The notes under the pieces were generated by a model. That model worked only from the letters and a program-made list of their open reading frames with translations, had not been told where the DNA came from and ran no database searches. Both the position numbers and the translations under genes were made by a program. A DNA stretch of 64,000 nucleotides from Oopsacas minuta. Taxonomy: Eukaryota; Animalia; Porifera. Shown here piece after piece: positions 1 to 12,519 of this stretch (position 1 is the stretch's first letter; each line of letters starts with the position of its first letter). The stretch lies in NCBI GenBank assembly GCA_024704765.1, contig JAKMXF010000352.1, positions 1 through 64,000 of the forward strand. The letters run 5' to 3'.

Positions 1-1095
1 TGATTGCAGATTTGAAATCAGCATCCCAAAATTATATAGAATCAATTGAAAAATCTCATGCAACAAAAAATGAAAAAAAATTGTTGAGCAGTGTTATTGA
101 TCTATGGAAAAATGTTGAAATACTAAATGCTCTAAAACTGTTGTCCAATATTTATATATTTTGTCAAGATAGTGTTCAGATATTCTGAGGTATCCCATAT
201 ACCATGGATGTTTAATCCTTTGGCAATATCCATAATATCTGGATATAGCATTATTGAGTTGTCTTACTCCTAAACAAGACAAGTGCCATGTGAAGAATGT
301 GGGAACAGGTACTCTTTCTTTGCCCAGAGGCTCAACATAGCGAACTGATAACAAAGTTAGAGGATACAGTTGTCAATAGCTTCCACCATTTCGGGCCAAA
401 TATATATGAAAGACAGTTTTTCCGTTTTACAATACCTACCAAAAGCAGTATTTTACTAGGAAAGTTTCCCAGTGTTTAGTAATGCTAAATTCAATAACCA
501 ACGTGCAAAGAATACAGCTGGTTGACTCGAAACTATAGGTGGCATGCTTGTAGGTTGAAAAGGTATATATGAGATTTCCAATTATTGGTTTCTAATTTTT
601 ACTAGGGGATAATAATTTCTTAGGAATTTGTATACTCATTAGAAAGCACTAAACAAAGTGTTAAATTTATCTATCTTCTATGGTTCAAGTCCGATCACAT
701 TTGTATTGGTATTTTCGTAATCAGTTCTCAGGGTATATGGGAAGTGTGTTGTCTCGTATCATGTGTACCTATCCTCAAATATCATCGTTTTCATTGGCGT
801 ATAATCTTGGGGTGCCGTGGGGCGACCCCCGGTTTTATTCTTGGGGTGCGGATAATAAATTCCCCCCCTAGGTTTCTACAACCCTCATCCAAATCTGTAC
901 AAATGGTGTCAGTATGTCAACATTCTTAGAGATATTTCTAGATCAGTCTTGCTTCGATTACCTGAACATTTCCTTAGTCCCGTTTAATTACATACTGTAT
1001 ACACTGCCTCGATTACTTTATCCAGTTATACTTGTCTATTAATGGTTTTTTAAATTTTGAAAGTTTTAGTATTCTTGTCACAGTTAATTATTATA

Positions 1096-2394
1096 CAGGG
1101 TGGCTTTTAAGTTTTGTCCCATGCGAAAACTATTACTTATCAAAATATATATACATAGTTTGGTAATGATATTTATTGTTCTAATTTATGATTCAGAGAG
1201 AAAACATATTTCGCGAAATTTATTCAATATAGCCTCCCTCATTTTGTATTACACTTGTAATTCTATCTGGCAAGGCCTCAATAGCAGCACAGAGGGTTTT
1301 TTGGGGAATTTTACTCCACTCTTGACCAAGTTCCTCTTCAGGGACTTGATACTTGTGTGGGAGTTAACACAAGCTTTCGTCTCGTGAATTGACCACACAA
1401 AATAATCCATGGGATTCAGGTTAGGACTGTAAGGAGGCCATTCTTCCTTGGTTATAATACCAGGAAAATTGTCATGTAAGCCTGACTGGGTAACAGTAGA
1501 AGTGTGTGCTGGCGCCCCGTCTTGCTGGAAAACAAATGAAGTACCTCGACCATGTCTCGGCTTATATTCTTCAACTGGCTCCAAAACCATTTCTCGATAA
1601 TTAATTGAATTGATTTTACCCCTTGTGGTACAAAACCAATGGTGTCCGGCCCATTTTTGACACCCCTGCCCAAACCATCACCGACTTAGGGTTCTGTATT
1701 CGGCTAACATATCTGAACTTCTCGTCAACTTTGGAAGGAGATGATGCAAATATACGATCATTTTGTATATTGGTTGCCTCCTGGATAGTGAATATTTTCT
1801 CATCTGAAAATAATATTTTTTCTAGATTTTCAACAGCGTCCCGGCCCAACGCACCTTTTGCATCTTGCAACCATCTTTTTCTTTACCAATTGAGAAAGGA
1901 TGTGTACCTTCTTACGCTTGAATGAACTCATCCCTAAATCCCTTTTCACAATTTTAGTCATTGCACATCTTGATACTTTCAGATCTAGAGCCATTTTCTT
2001 TATGGAACGTCTAAGATTCGGCGAATTCGCTGGGCGATGACTTTCCCTAAGCTGGGGTTACTAAGCACGGACGGCCTGATCTCGCCCTCTCTTCAACGCT
2101 TTCGGTATCATTGTATTGCCTAATAGTGCGGTGCACGAATTTCCTTTTGTTTAGAGGGAGTTTCAGGATCTCGAAATTTCCCTTGAAGGATGTCCTTTGT
2201 AAATATTTCTACATCTGCCGACCTCTCACGTTTCATCACTGATAAAATTAAAATTTCTCTACAATTGTACTCTGAAACTGTATATTTATGTGAATACAGT
2301 ATAAAGGTAAACTAATAAGATATATCTAATAGCAGAGACTGAGCATGGAAAATGGTTCTTATAAATCATGGGACAGAACTTAAAAGCCACCCTG
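1096..2394 (-). mobile_element. Tc1/mariner DD37D (maT-like) transposon, full length, transposase frameshifted
   Basis: TIRs CAGGGTGGCTTTTAAGTT(T/C)TGTCCCATG at both ends with TA on each flank (1094-95, 2395-96). ORF pieces carry ILFSDEK, SVMVWAG and QDGAPAH..WPPYSPNLNPMD (37 aa between the 2nd and 3rd D). Confidence 0.92.
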
Positions 2395-3222
2395 TACATG
2401 TATCTGGACTAACACAATGAATTAGGTGTAAGAGAAGAATTTGCTTGAATTGAAATGAGAAGTATCATAAGTTTAGTTTACAGGCGACAAAGTTGTAATG
2501 CTTCACTGAGATTATCTAATTTATAGAAATACTGAAATGGAGTTTATACTGTAATTCTTATAAAAAACTTTTAGCATATCTAAATTTCCTGATTCTTTTT
2601 GTAAGAAATTGCAATTCGTAATTTGACTTAGATATTATCTTGTGTATGGTACTAGTTAAATATGGCAAAGAGAACTATTGAATTTTGTTTGTGTTTTCAT
2701 TGTGCTGTTCGTTTTATTTAATTAATCAAGATTCTTGATAATGTAAACCAACTCTTGTATGTCTTGATATATATCAAGATAACAAATTGTCGCCCTCCCC
2801 TAGAATTTGACAATTTTACAGAAATTCTCAGCTTATGATCCTACCGTTTATATTATATTTCAGTAAATGATTGAGTATCTGCTAAATTGAGTACTTGCGC
2901 CTCCCAAATTGAGTAATGTTGTACTTTAAATAAATTTGAGATCAAATAGTATGGTTTACTATACAAATATATTTTATAAGTTCAAAGATATGTTTTATGA
3001 TCTGCAAAATCATATGAATTCTCAAATTCTCAAATTATATCTTGTATCTAGATTCATGCTACTAATATATGCGTTCAATTCACTTTAAAAATGAATTTGT
3101 ATGGTATAATACAATGAATGTCAAAATGTATACAGAACATACAAAAGATCTGGACAAAGTAAGAGATGATCTAGTTAATGTAATTCTAGAAACCCTATTA
3201 GTTTTCTGTGAATTAGTTGTCC

Positions 3223-3330
3223 AGGATAGTTGATCAGTTGATTATAAGGTTAGTTTACCATTTGGTTATATGGTTAGTTGACCAGCTGATTCTAATGCTA
3301 ATTGACCAGTTGATTATAAGGGTAATTGGC
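3223..3330. repeat. 24-bp minisatellite, about 4.5 copies
   Basis: Units such as TAGTTGATCAGTTGATTATAAGGT / TAGTTGACCAGCTGATTCTAATGC / TAATTGACCAGTTGATTATAAGGG. Confidence 0.75.
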
Positions 3331-3690
3331 CAGAACGATCTCCTAACGACCCTAAGGCCTACTTCATCTGTGTTTGCCGACGATCTTGATAGCGATTCCT
3401 ACAACCTTACTGTACCTACGTTGATGGGAACACAACTTACACCTTATATTAATATTACCTTCTGCCATGCGGAGCCGATAAACCCCTTGATCCATCCCTC
3501 TCACCTCTACCACGGGTTCTCCTATTCCCTACGTATCGTCTGTACCCGCGATGAGTCTGCAGGAAACCGCGAAATACTGAAAAGCTCCGTAAAGGAGCCT
3601 GCAGATCACTCAGAAAGCAAGGCGCCTACATGATTCAATCTAGCAAGAAGCATAGCAAAGCTATTGGGAAGGGGGATAATGTGAGGATAC

Positions 3691-4128
3691 CAAGGTTGGA
3701 GTTTAACCCGGCCCAGTGGGTAAAACCCAGTTTAAACCGGATTTTACTAGTTTAACCCGGGTTAATCAAACTATTGGGGTATATTTCCCCTTTTTAGAAA
3801 CTCAATTTTGATTATTTAATACATATGTTTATTTAGAATTAATGTTAGAATTCTTGCTAAATAACTTCTGGTTTTAATTCAATTGTATGATTACAGTTAT
3901 TCTATCTAAAGATTTGAATATTTACTGTGTTTACAATTTAATCAAATTATAGTTTGGAAATCCTAAATTTGAGTCTCAAACACAGATTAAGTAGTTTACC
4001 CAATTATTGAGGTTTAGCACAGTGTAATAACCAGTTTTACTATAAAATAGGAGTTAACCCAGTTTAACCCACTAAATGGGGTTTAACCCATAGTTTAAAC
4101 CGGGGGTGGGTTAAACTAACTTAGACTG
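3691..4128. mobile_element. hAT-type non-autonomous element (MITE) nested in the integrase relic
   Basis: 8-bp TSD GAGGATAC/GAGGATGC; degenerate TIRs sharing AGTTTAACCC; many subterminal TTAACCC motifs. Confidence 0.7.
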
Positions 4129-5846
4129 GAGGATGCCTATTCCATAACCTACCTGGGCTTGCATTTGTTCCTCCAGCCTCATTGCTACCGTAATGGATGT
4201 CTACTCGGATGGAGGAGCTTTCCAGATAGGGAGCGTACATGGGACAATCTGCACTTCATTCACCTAACCTGACCTAACACTATGCGGCACTGACAAGCTC
4301 TCTACTCTGATGATGTCGGTGAGAGGTGTTCGTCCTGACAGGAGTGAAAGATAGGTAGGTACTGTTATCGCGGGAAGTTGTTGTGGAGTAGTATCAATGA
4401 GTGCGGCGTTCGCTGCGTTATCTATTTCATCATAAGCTTCCAGTAGGAAAAGAGAGGTTAATAACATAGGGCTGGGTGGGTGGTGGTGTATGTGGATTAT
4501 GAGTATACTCGGTAATCTGTCTGTTAGCTAGCCCCTGTGTCCAGCTGGTCCTCACCATCAAATGCGTTAAGAACCTCGCTTGGCAGTAGCATATCCACAT
4601 TGAGAACAGCTGGTGTTCTCCCAATGTGTACAGAGTTGCCTCAATACCCAAGCAGTAAGCGTTATTCTTACTATAAAGAACAAATTGTAACTCGCATGTT
4701 CACTCATTGGTCTCTTTACAAGGACCCATGAGAAGGGCGAATAATTGCTTCATGAAATCACCACTAACTCGCTCGACACTTCCCTGTCCCTGTGAGTGTC
4801 TTGGTCTCCGCTGCACAAGATGTGTACTTGGCCAGAGTCTGCACACGGCAGCGAATAGATGATTCTTAACGAAGTCTTTCCCATCATCCGTGTGCAAGAT
4901 GTGTGGGGGACCATGCTTACAGAACATCTGCACCAGATGTTAAGCTACCTTTACCGCTCCCTTGGACTTTAGAGGCTCAAGAATCTAACTTGCTCAAGCA
5001 GTCCTGATAGTTGTGGATATACTAATTGTCCCTGTCTGGGCATATCTACATAACCACTAGGTTAGTATCCCAACTCAGCCCAGTATTCTCAGATATGATA
5101 GGTCTGTGGATGACTTTGAGTGTATATCTCCAACCTTTGTTGGCTTGACAAATGGCGCAGTGGCGTATGAAGAGGACAATTACTGCACCAAGCACGTGAT
5201 ATTATTGGCTCGTGATCTGCGTCCACCAACGTATCCCACAGGTCTTCCTTAGCCACTACGCGTAACTTGCTCTATGTAATCCCCCGGAACTTACGCCCTT
5301 TCATGTACAGTCCTCTACGTGAAATGGACTGAGTTCCAGGGGACTTTTCACCCTCACACTCCTCCACAGAATAGCGCTACTTGGTCTTGCCCCAATTGCG
5401 ATCGTTTGTATTGCAATTGTCTTCTCTGTAGGTCACTATGATCCCATCACTCTCTCCTCTCTCCACTATATGTAAGTAGTGGACAAAATGAAAATTTAAT
5501 GATTTTGTACAGATGAACAAGCAATAATATGTACACTAACTATTTATAGTGAGTAGATATAAATAGCACAGTGACTGTCGCGTGATAGTACAAGTGTTAC
5601 TATAGGCCTATCACCCAATAGCATCTAGATAACTTTGGTATGTATGGTGAATAGTGATTACACAAATATATTTACATTTTAGTTAATCTATAATATCATA
5701 AGTAGTAATTTATATAAGAATAACCTTACTCAATTGGGCCGCGCCGGTTACTCAATTTGGACGATGACATAAATACCGCTATTAATGTACGCTTACCTAT
5801 TTATAGTTATACTATCGAGTGTTTCATATCTTGCTAGTTTTACATT

Positions 5847-5988
5847 CAGGGCTGTATCAACTCCTTTTGAGTTGGCGAAATCAACTTATCTTTTCTACTA
5901 ACTCATTCATTTTTATTGCGCCAACTCATTCAACTCATTCATTTGAAGGTTACCAACTCATTCAATAAAATGAGCTGATACAGCCCTG
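5847..5988. mobile_element. 142-bp hAT-type MITE (TIR CAGGGCTGTATCA)
   Basis: TIR CAGGGCTGTATCA(A/G)CTC at both ends; 8-bp TSD TTTACATT/TTTCCATT; internal AACTCATTC repeats. A half copy lies at 59111-59178. Confidence 0.8.
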
Positions 5989-7242
5989 TTTCCATTTGCA
6001 TTTTCTTTCCATTTGTATTTATCGTTTGAAAGATGCATAACATATTCTTAGGTCAAGAATTTGTTTAAGCATATACGAGTACAAGGGTTATATTCCCCAT
6101 AATTCTTCCGACTAGATAATACAGAAGTAAGTGTAGCAGATAGATTCTTCGAGATATGCTAGAGGCTTTAGAGGACATTTCCCTATCTAGAATCGCTGTT
6201 TGCTTCATTGACGTGATGTTGTGATGACGTTGTACTTATTTTGCATATGACAGATGGTCCTCTATCAAACAGCTGAATTTCTTCAGAACATATACATTCA
6301 GCTATTTTAGCTTCTCGATTGATGAAATTATGGTATGAAATATGAGGGTCTTTTATGTTGTCGTAGCTCTACTATGTGTGTATGAGTGTGTGGCAGGTGC
6401 CACGGTTCGACCGCTTTAAATTCCTCATCGCTTTAATAGCGAAGGGCCAATCACTTAGGTAATGAGACACATTTCACGGATGAATTGGCTTTTAACACTT
6501 ATATTTGCAGTAAATATGTATATTTCCTGGGGCTATAGTATAGTCTCAGAAATCTTTTGGAAAGGGATAGTCAATATCCCTTGTGGAAATTTTGTAACAC
6601 ACATTTCAGATTTTTACCCTTATTATATCGATTATGATGTTTGGACATTTCTCGCTTCCCAAATATTTGCCCGATCTTAGAATTCTTTGAAACATGTCAT
6701 GTTTTGTGCCAAACTAATATACATATTTAGTATATACACTATATATAAGTTTACATATAATTGTTCTAATCCTTTGCCACAAACAAGATGCTATACCGAT
6801 AGCTATATCCTATATATTTGTTTAGTTTACATAATCAGTGTATACTTCAGGCATAATTTCTTCCATCTATAACCACAGCCTTGCCGACACTCCATTATAA
6901 TATGGCCCACAAATTCATTAATGTTAGACTATACTCTCATTTCCAGCCTACTTTCCTTGAATTTGTTTCTAAATACATTAATTCATTTTTGTTAGTATAA
7001 TTGCACACCATTTCTGTCGATTTTGAATTTGCCCAGTAAACATTGATCCCAGGTATATGATTGTTGAAGGCTGGTAAGTATGTATTCTATTATTATGTAT
7101 TAATTTCAGCTCGGTTAAAGAACGAAGGCCGACGTCTAATGATATGGCATTGCCGGCAGGGGCTAGAAAATTGTTGTGATCTATGCCCCTTACAAGACTT
7201 CACCGCTTTAAATCTTTCCTATTAAAAGCGATTAATCTGTAT

Positions 7243-7984
7243 GTTCAATGAAGTCGCTTAATCGGGACTCGGATTTTCGAGATATCCGCTTAAATGGGAC
7301 AATGGTTTGGGAGCAGATTTTACATAGAAATATCGTCGGATAATTGGGACTTTGAATTGGTTAATCGGGATTTTTTATTCCGATTACCCGAATATTTGAA
7401 AGTTCATGATCGGTTATTCAGGATTTCTTATCTCGATTAGCTGGTTATGAATAATATTCGCTTAATTGGGATTTCTATCCCAATTTAATGATTGTATATT
7501 TATTCAGAATCATTGTAAAATGGTTTGTTTTAAAACTAGGGATTTGAATATTATCTACAACCATAGCAATACAACACCGATGCGATTATCATTTACTAAA
7601 CTAAGAATATTAACATTGCTCACTCGCCTCAGGTTCCATTGGCTATTCCAGCGTGTATAATTCCCTCAATAATGACCAGACTGTTGGATATCCAAACGTT
7701 TTGCATGGATTGCGTAATAAGTGCATGTGTTATTATTTGAACTTTATTTTCTTACTTTCTAAGTATATACCGTAACGCACTCTATGACCACTTGAAGTGG
7801 AACTATACCCATATTATAACCACATCTATATTAGACCTAGATAAATCAGGATTAGTAGCATAGAAATAAGATTTATCTGGTCATGTGACAATGAAGACCA
7901 GTTTTGAATACCTAAATATTCATAATCGGTTAATCGGGATAAAACATTAACTCCCGAGCTGTCTCCATTAAGCGGCTTCCACTG
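7243..7984. mobile_element. ~740-bp non-autonomous Tc1/mariner-type element (TIR CAGTGGAAGCCGCTTAATCGGGAC), copy 1
   Basis: Inverse-oriented homolog of 52529-53268; right TIR intact and followed by TA, left TIR degenerate; subterminal AATCGGGAT repeats. Confidence 0.8.
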
Positions 7985-9914
7985 TATATGTAATTATTGT
8001 ATAATACGTATATATATATATTAGGGTGTATCAGTTGCCCTTATATTAGAAACTTTGCTCAACATTTATGTCATATACATCCTAAATATTCATTTTATAG
8101 AATTTCATTGGAATTAAACAAGGGTTTAGGGGTGCGCAAGTTGATTATTCCAAAGTACAGATTTTCAATGGGATTATCCAGGTTTTTCATGAAAAGTTTC
8201 CAATAAGTGTATTTCTTATAAGTCTAGAGTGTTTCCACTTTTGATTGAGTAATTTCCATATTGTTTAGATATACTAATTAGGATTTTGGTTTTTGGTAAT
8301 ATATTTTGGATGGCGTGTGGTATTATATTTTGAGGCTATTTGAAGCAGTTAGAATCCATAGAATTCTGTGTAAATTCTATTAGTTCTAGTTTGTCTTGAC
8401 GATATTCTCAAACTCTCTATCATTATATGCGAACTTTAAACTCTAGTTTTTATCTAGGATATACCCTCTCCGAAAGTTGCATTGCTACTTTCTATTTTAT
8501 TAACTATTTACTAAGTAATTTTATATAATTTAGCGAAACTTTTTCCACCCAAGTAAAGAAGCAAAAGTGTGTTTATTACAATATGAACCTGAATCTCGAT
8601 TAGTCAATTAATAGTATTTATTCAATTATGTTTGGGTGAAAATAACTGAGAGAATGGAAAAGAGAAGTTAGTAATATTAATATGAATTGTAAGAATACAT
8701 ATCTGGTAATCACTGAGACTATCAACAAGTCAAAACTGGAACCCAATTCATCACACAAATTTCTATCGATTCTAACTGCCTCTATCAGTGCCTCTAAATA
8801 TTGTAGATATTTTTGATATCCATAGTACAACACAACAGTACTTCAGAATTTCATAGCGCCTCAAAATATTATGCAACACGCCTAATAGGATTCTATTATC
8901 TTGTCACATTTGTTTTTCTCCTTTTTTGGGAAGTGATAATCTATATACTTAATTCTGTATTATAACTGATACAAACCACTCAAAATATACTAAATATGTG
9001 TTATATAGTTTCTACCCCTATCAGATTTGAACTTTTCTATAATTTTGCATAAAAATCCTGTTAAATCCCATTACAAAGCCTATACTTTGGAATATTCAAA
9101 TTTCGCAGACCTAAACTCTTGTTGAATTCCAATCAAATTGTACATTATGATTCTTTCGATGTAAATAACATAAAAATAATATGCCAAGTATTGCTTCCAA
9201 TTAGGTGGCAGCTATTTTATTTTCGGGATTGATATAACAAACTAAAATTCTTTCAGGGCTGATTTATTGCAGGTATTTTGAGCCTGGCTCGGATATTTTT
9301 GAGTTCTGGACACTAATTCGCACCTATTACGGAATTATGGCTCAAAAAATCATATTATTGGACAGTGTTTTATCCAGGCGTATACTTCGGACCTACATAC
9401 GCTTAAATTTAGGCAAATATCTATTTATGCTTATGAAATTTTCTCTTTAGGAATCAAAATTCTTGTATTTTCCTCAAAGTGTATAGTCTTGGCGTATTAA
9501 TTGAATTTGAGTCCATTTCAGGAGTATGTGCCTAATGACCTGGATAAAACCCAGTTATTGGACACTGCTCAGCCATATTAATGATTTTTATCAAAGGTAT
9601 CCCTTAACACGAAAAATTTTCCCACTTAATGATTTTGACCATATTCAATTTATTCATGGAAATATTGCATCATCATTACATTACAAAATTTGAATTTTTC
9701 AAAATTTCTAAAATATACTAAAGGCACTAAACTGTCCCGCTGTGAACTAGCAGCGAAACGGCTAGTAATCTATTACCACACCCAAAACCGAATTATTAAA
9801 CTAATATCTTCCTCAAATAGTTGGGAATAAATCTAACAACTATATCCACTCATTGTTGCATGAATCATTCTTCAATTGTCCTCAGATGTTATACTTTTGT
9901 TCCCTTCCTTTTAG

Positions 9915-10171
9915 GTAATGGAACATGCAAGTAATCCAAAAATTTCTATTCCAAGATCGGACATAAATCGAGAATTCTTTATTCAGAATATTGATCATCT
10001 AGATTCGCAAGAAACTTTCTCAAAAGAAATCTCCAGAACTCAATTTTCGCATGATTCTAGTACACCTTCTGTTAAACACGAAGTTTTGAATAAATTGTCT
10101 CGTACTTTGCCATATTATAAACGTAATAGACCTCATATTTGTTCATTTTGGGTGAAAGGCGAATGTACCAG
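9915..10171 (+). CDS. RBM22: Internal exon of pre-mRNA splicing factor RBM22 (Cwc2/Slt11), first half of the CCCH zinc finger
   Basis: Polypyrimidine-AG acceptor at 9913-14 and GT donor at 10172. Translation [43 protein letters not shown] matches the RBM22 signature [26 protein letters not shown]. I did not find the other exons. Confidence 0.88.
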
Positions 10172-12390
10172 GTATTGCATAATTATTCATAATCTCTTGG
10201 TTAGTATTTCTTCTGACTGAGCTTTTCTCTACGCTTCGATAGAATATTTTGATAGAAGCTCATTTCACCTTGTTGTATACATTTTAATCCAATTTCACGC
10301 CCCTTTTCGAATAGAATTTATGTATAGATATTTAGCCAAATTAACTCTATCTTGAACAAACAATAATATCCATTTAATCATCTGATGATAATTGTAAGAT
10401 CATGAAATCCCAAAATCTTTTTTCGAAATGAGGGTGTTTTAGGGTCAAATTCTTTTATTCATCTTTTCTAAAAATTTTGGAGTATACCCTGCGTGGATGA
10501 AAGTTTTCATCCACCGCTAAAATTTCATACAAATAGTACGAATATCGTTTATTCTTCTGTGGATAATAGATTAATACTGTAAGATTTATAGTATATCCAA
10601 TGACTCTTTTGTATTCTACTTATTTGAAACCCTCAGTAGATAGACTTCCTATTTAAATACTTAATGAAAATGATGAAAATTTTTAACCACGACACATTGT
10701 GCCAGTTGATTCTATTTACAACCATTATACATATGATTATAGGTTTCACTAAGTGACACAGAATTGTAAATTCGGAAACTTTTTGGTGAGTATTTCCTAG
10801 AAAACTTAGAAACTCCTTTATTAGAATAAGTAGATTGTTAATTTGATATCAAATAGACTTTGAGTTAATGTATATTCCTGTATTCACATCAATAATAGAC
10901 CCACTATTGTATTATTTGTTTGGAGACTTTGGACATAGACGAATACTTTGGTCTTGGTCAAGATATGTTGAATGAACTGAATCTAAAGTCAGATGATTGG
11001 ATGTAGTAATTTTAAATGCAATAATGAACTGTATTTTCAGTATATAGATATATAGATATCAATTAATTAACTCTCTTAATGGTTGGTACTAATTCTCTAG
11101 TTTATATAATGCAAATTTATGTCAAAGTATATACATTCTAGATAAATTGAACATTCTGATTTCTAATATGCTCTTCTTTTTTTCTATTCTTTGGCCATGT
11201 TAAATTATTTCCTTGTTTCTCAACCAGAATTTCTTCTGAAAGTGGCACAGCGGCTATATTTAATGTGTTTTTTATAGGCCCCGTTCATAAATATAATATT
11301 TTGACTCTGTAACCAAAGAATTATCCATAAACTTGGGAAAATACAAATATACCCTTCGGGTATAGGGACAAACTTTTTGGCGGAAGGGGAAGAGGAACAT
11401 TATATTACTTTACATGGCCTTAGAAAACATTTTAGTTTTGTTTGATATTTACAAATGCTGACAAGTTAGATGAATTGGTGACAATTTTGAATAGGGAATA
11501 ACTAAATTCGATGGCCTAAGTGTGGTTTCATGTCCGAAGATAATAGATTTCTGCTGCAATCATCTATTTTTAGATTTCGAAGAGGAAATTATTGAACGGA
11601 TTACTTTGCCTTTTATTTGGTAACTCAAAAGGCGTGCGAACCATGAGTATTGTGGCATTTTCAATAGCAGTCAACGGCAGATTCCTTTAGGAGCAAGTGG
11701 AGAGCAATTACCCCCACAGTTTTCAACATTAGAATAACTGAAATTTATTTCTAAACAAGCAAAATATAATTTTTAGAAATTCTACAAGGATAAAGGCGTG
11801 TCAGTTAGCATGGAATCACCCGCTTCTTCTGCATCATTCACCTTTCCAACACATTATCTAAATTGATTGCTTTCACAATTTCTCTATTCAAGGAAATTGT
11901 CATCAAATCACTTGCTCTAGTGCTTTCATGACCCTATCTAGCCCAATTTAATATTTTATTCATTGTACTAAAGCTTCTTTCGACTGTTGCAGTGCTGACA
12001 GCGATGGTTTTGGAGATCATAATTAACTTATTAATTAACACTAAAAGTATCTAGTATTTGTACTATGTAATATTCTATAATGAAATCAACAACTAGCTCT
12101 GATAAGTTCCATTTTATCTCCCCGATATTTTTGAAAGAATCCGCCACTGATAATAAAGGTCAACAAAAATTAACTTCATTTTCTCATCAAGTATTAGATT
12201 GACATTTTCTAAGCTAGTTTTACGCTGAATTCAAATCTGCTTTCAGATTCTTTCCAGCACGTCCAGTTTTTTTTCCATCTACAAGTCAACGACTTTTATG
12301 TATTTCCTAAATCTTTCCTGTTATTTTATGGTAGTGGCTGTCTTTTTGTCTTCTTACATGATAGTCATCTGAAATAAATCAACGTTTCGN

Positions 12391-12519
12391 GTGCATTTAG
12401 GAAGTCACACATGTATAAATACGAATACTATATGACTAGGGATGAAATGTTGATATTACTTGATTTGCAATTGCTACTTGCGGGTCAAAATCCTACGCGG
12501 GTCAAAATCCTACGCAACA
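12391..12519 (-). mobile_element. Solo 5' terminus of the Ginger1 element
   Basis: Near-identical to ~23695-23805, with a short tandem duplication inside the TIR (GCGGGTCAAAATCCTAC twice); begins right after an N at 12390. Confidence 0.85.

Larger units (their letters stand above)
2788..5769 (-). mobile_element. Ginger2/KRBA2-SCAND3-like integrase transposon relic
   Basis: ORF 4700-4933 HILHTDDGKDF..LWP..RPRHSQGQGSVER matches the KRBA2/SCAND3-type rve core. Degenerate inverted repeats built on AAATTGAGTA (2884-2917 vs 5724-5769); termini TGT..ACA with flanks CAAAT/TAAAT. Many stops; boundaries approximate. Confidence 0.6.

Noticed and set aside
100-870. Faint FN3/tyrosine-kinase-like fragments on the minus strand
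   Set aside because: No intact diagnostic motif (HRD, DFG) and many stops; not distinguishable from noise by eye.
10850-10970. IIDPLLYYLF resembling a GPCR TM7 NPxxY/DPxxY motif
   Set aside because: About 40 codons only, with no supporting upstream TM exons recognised.
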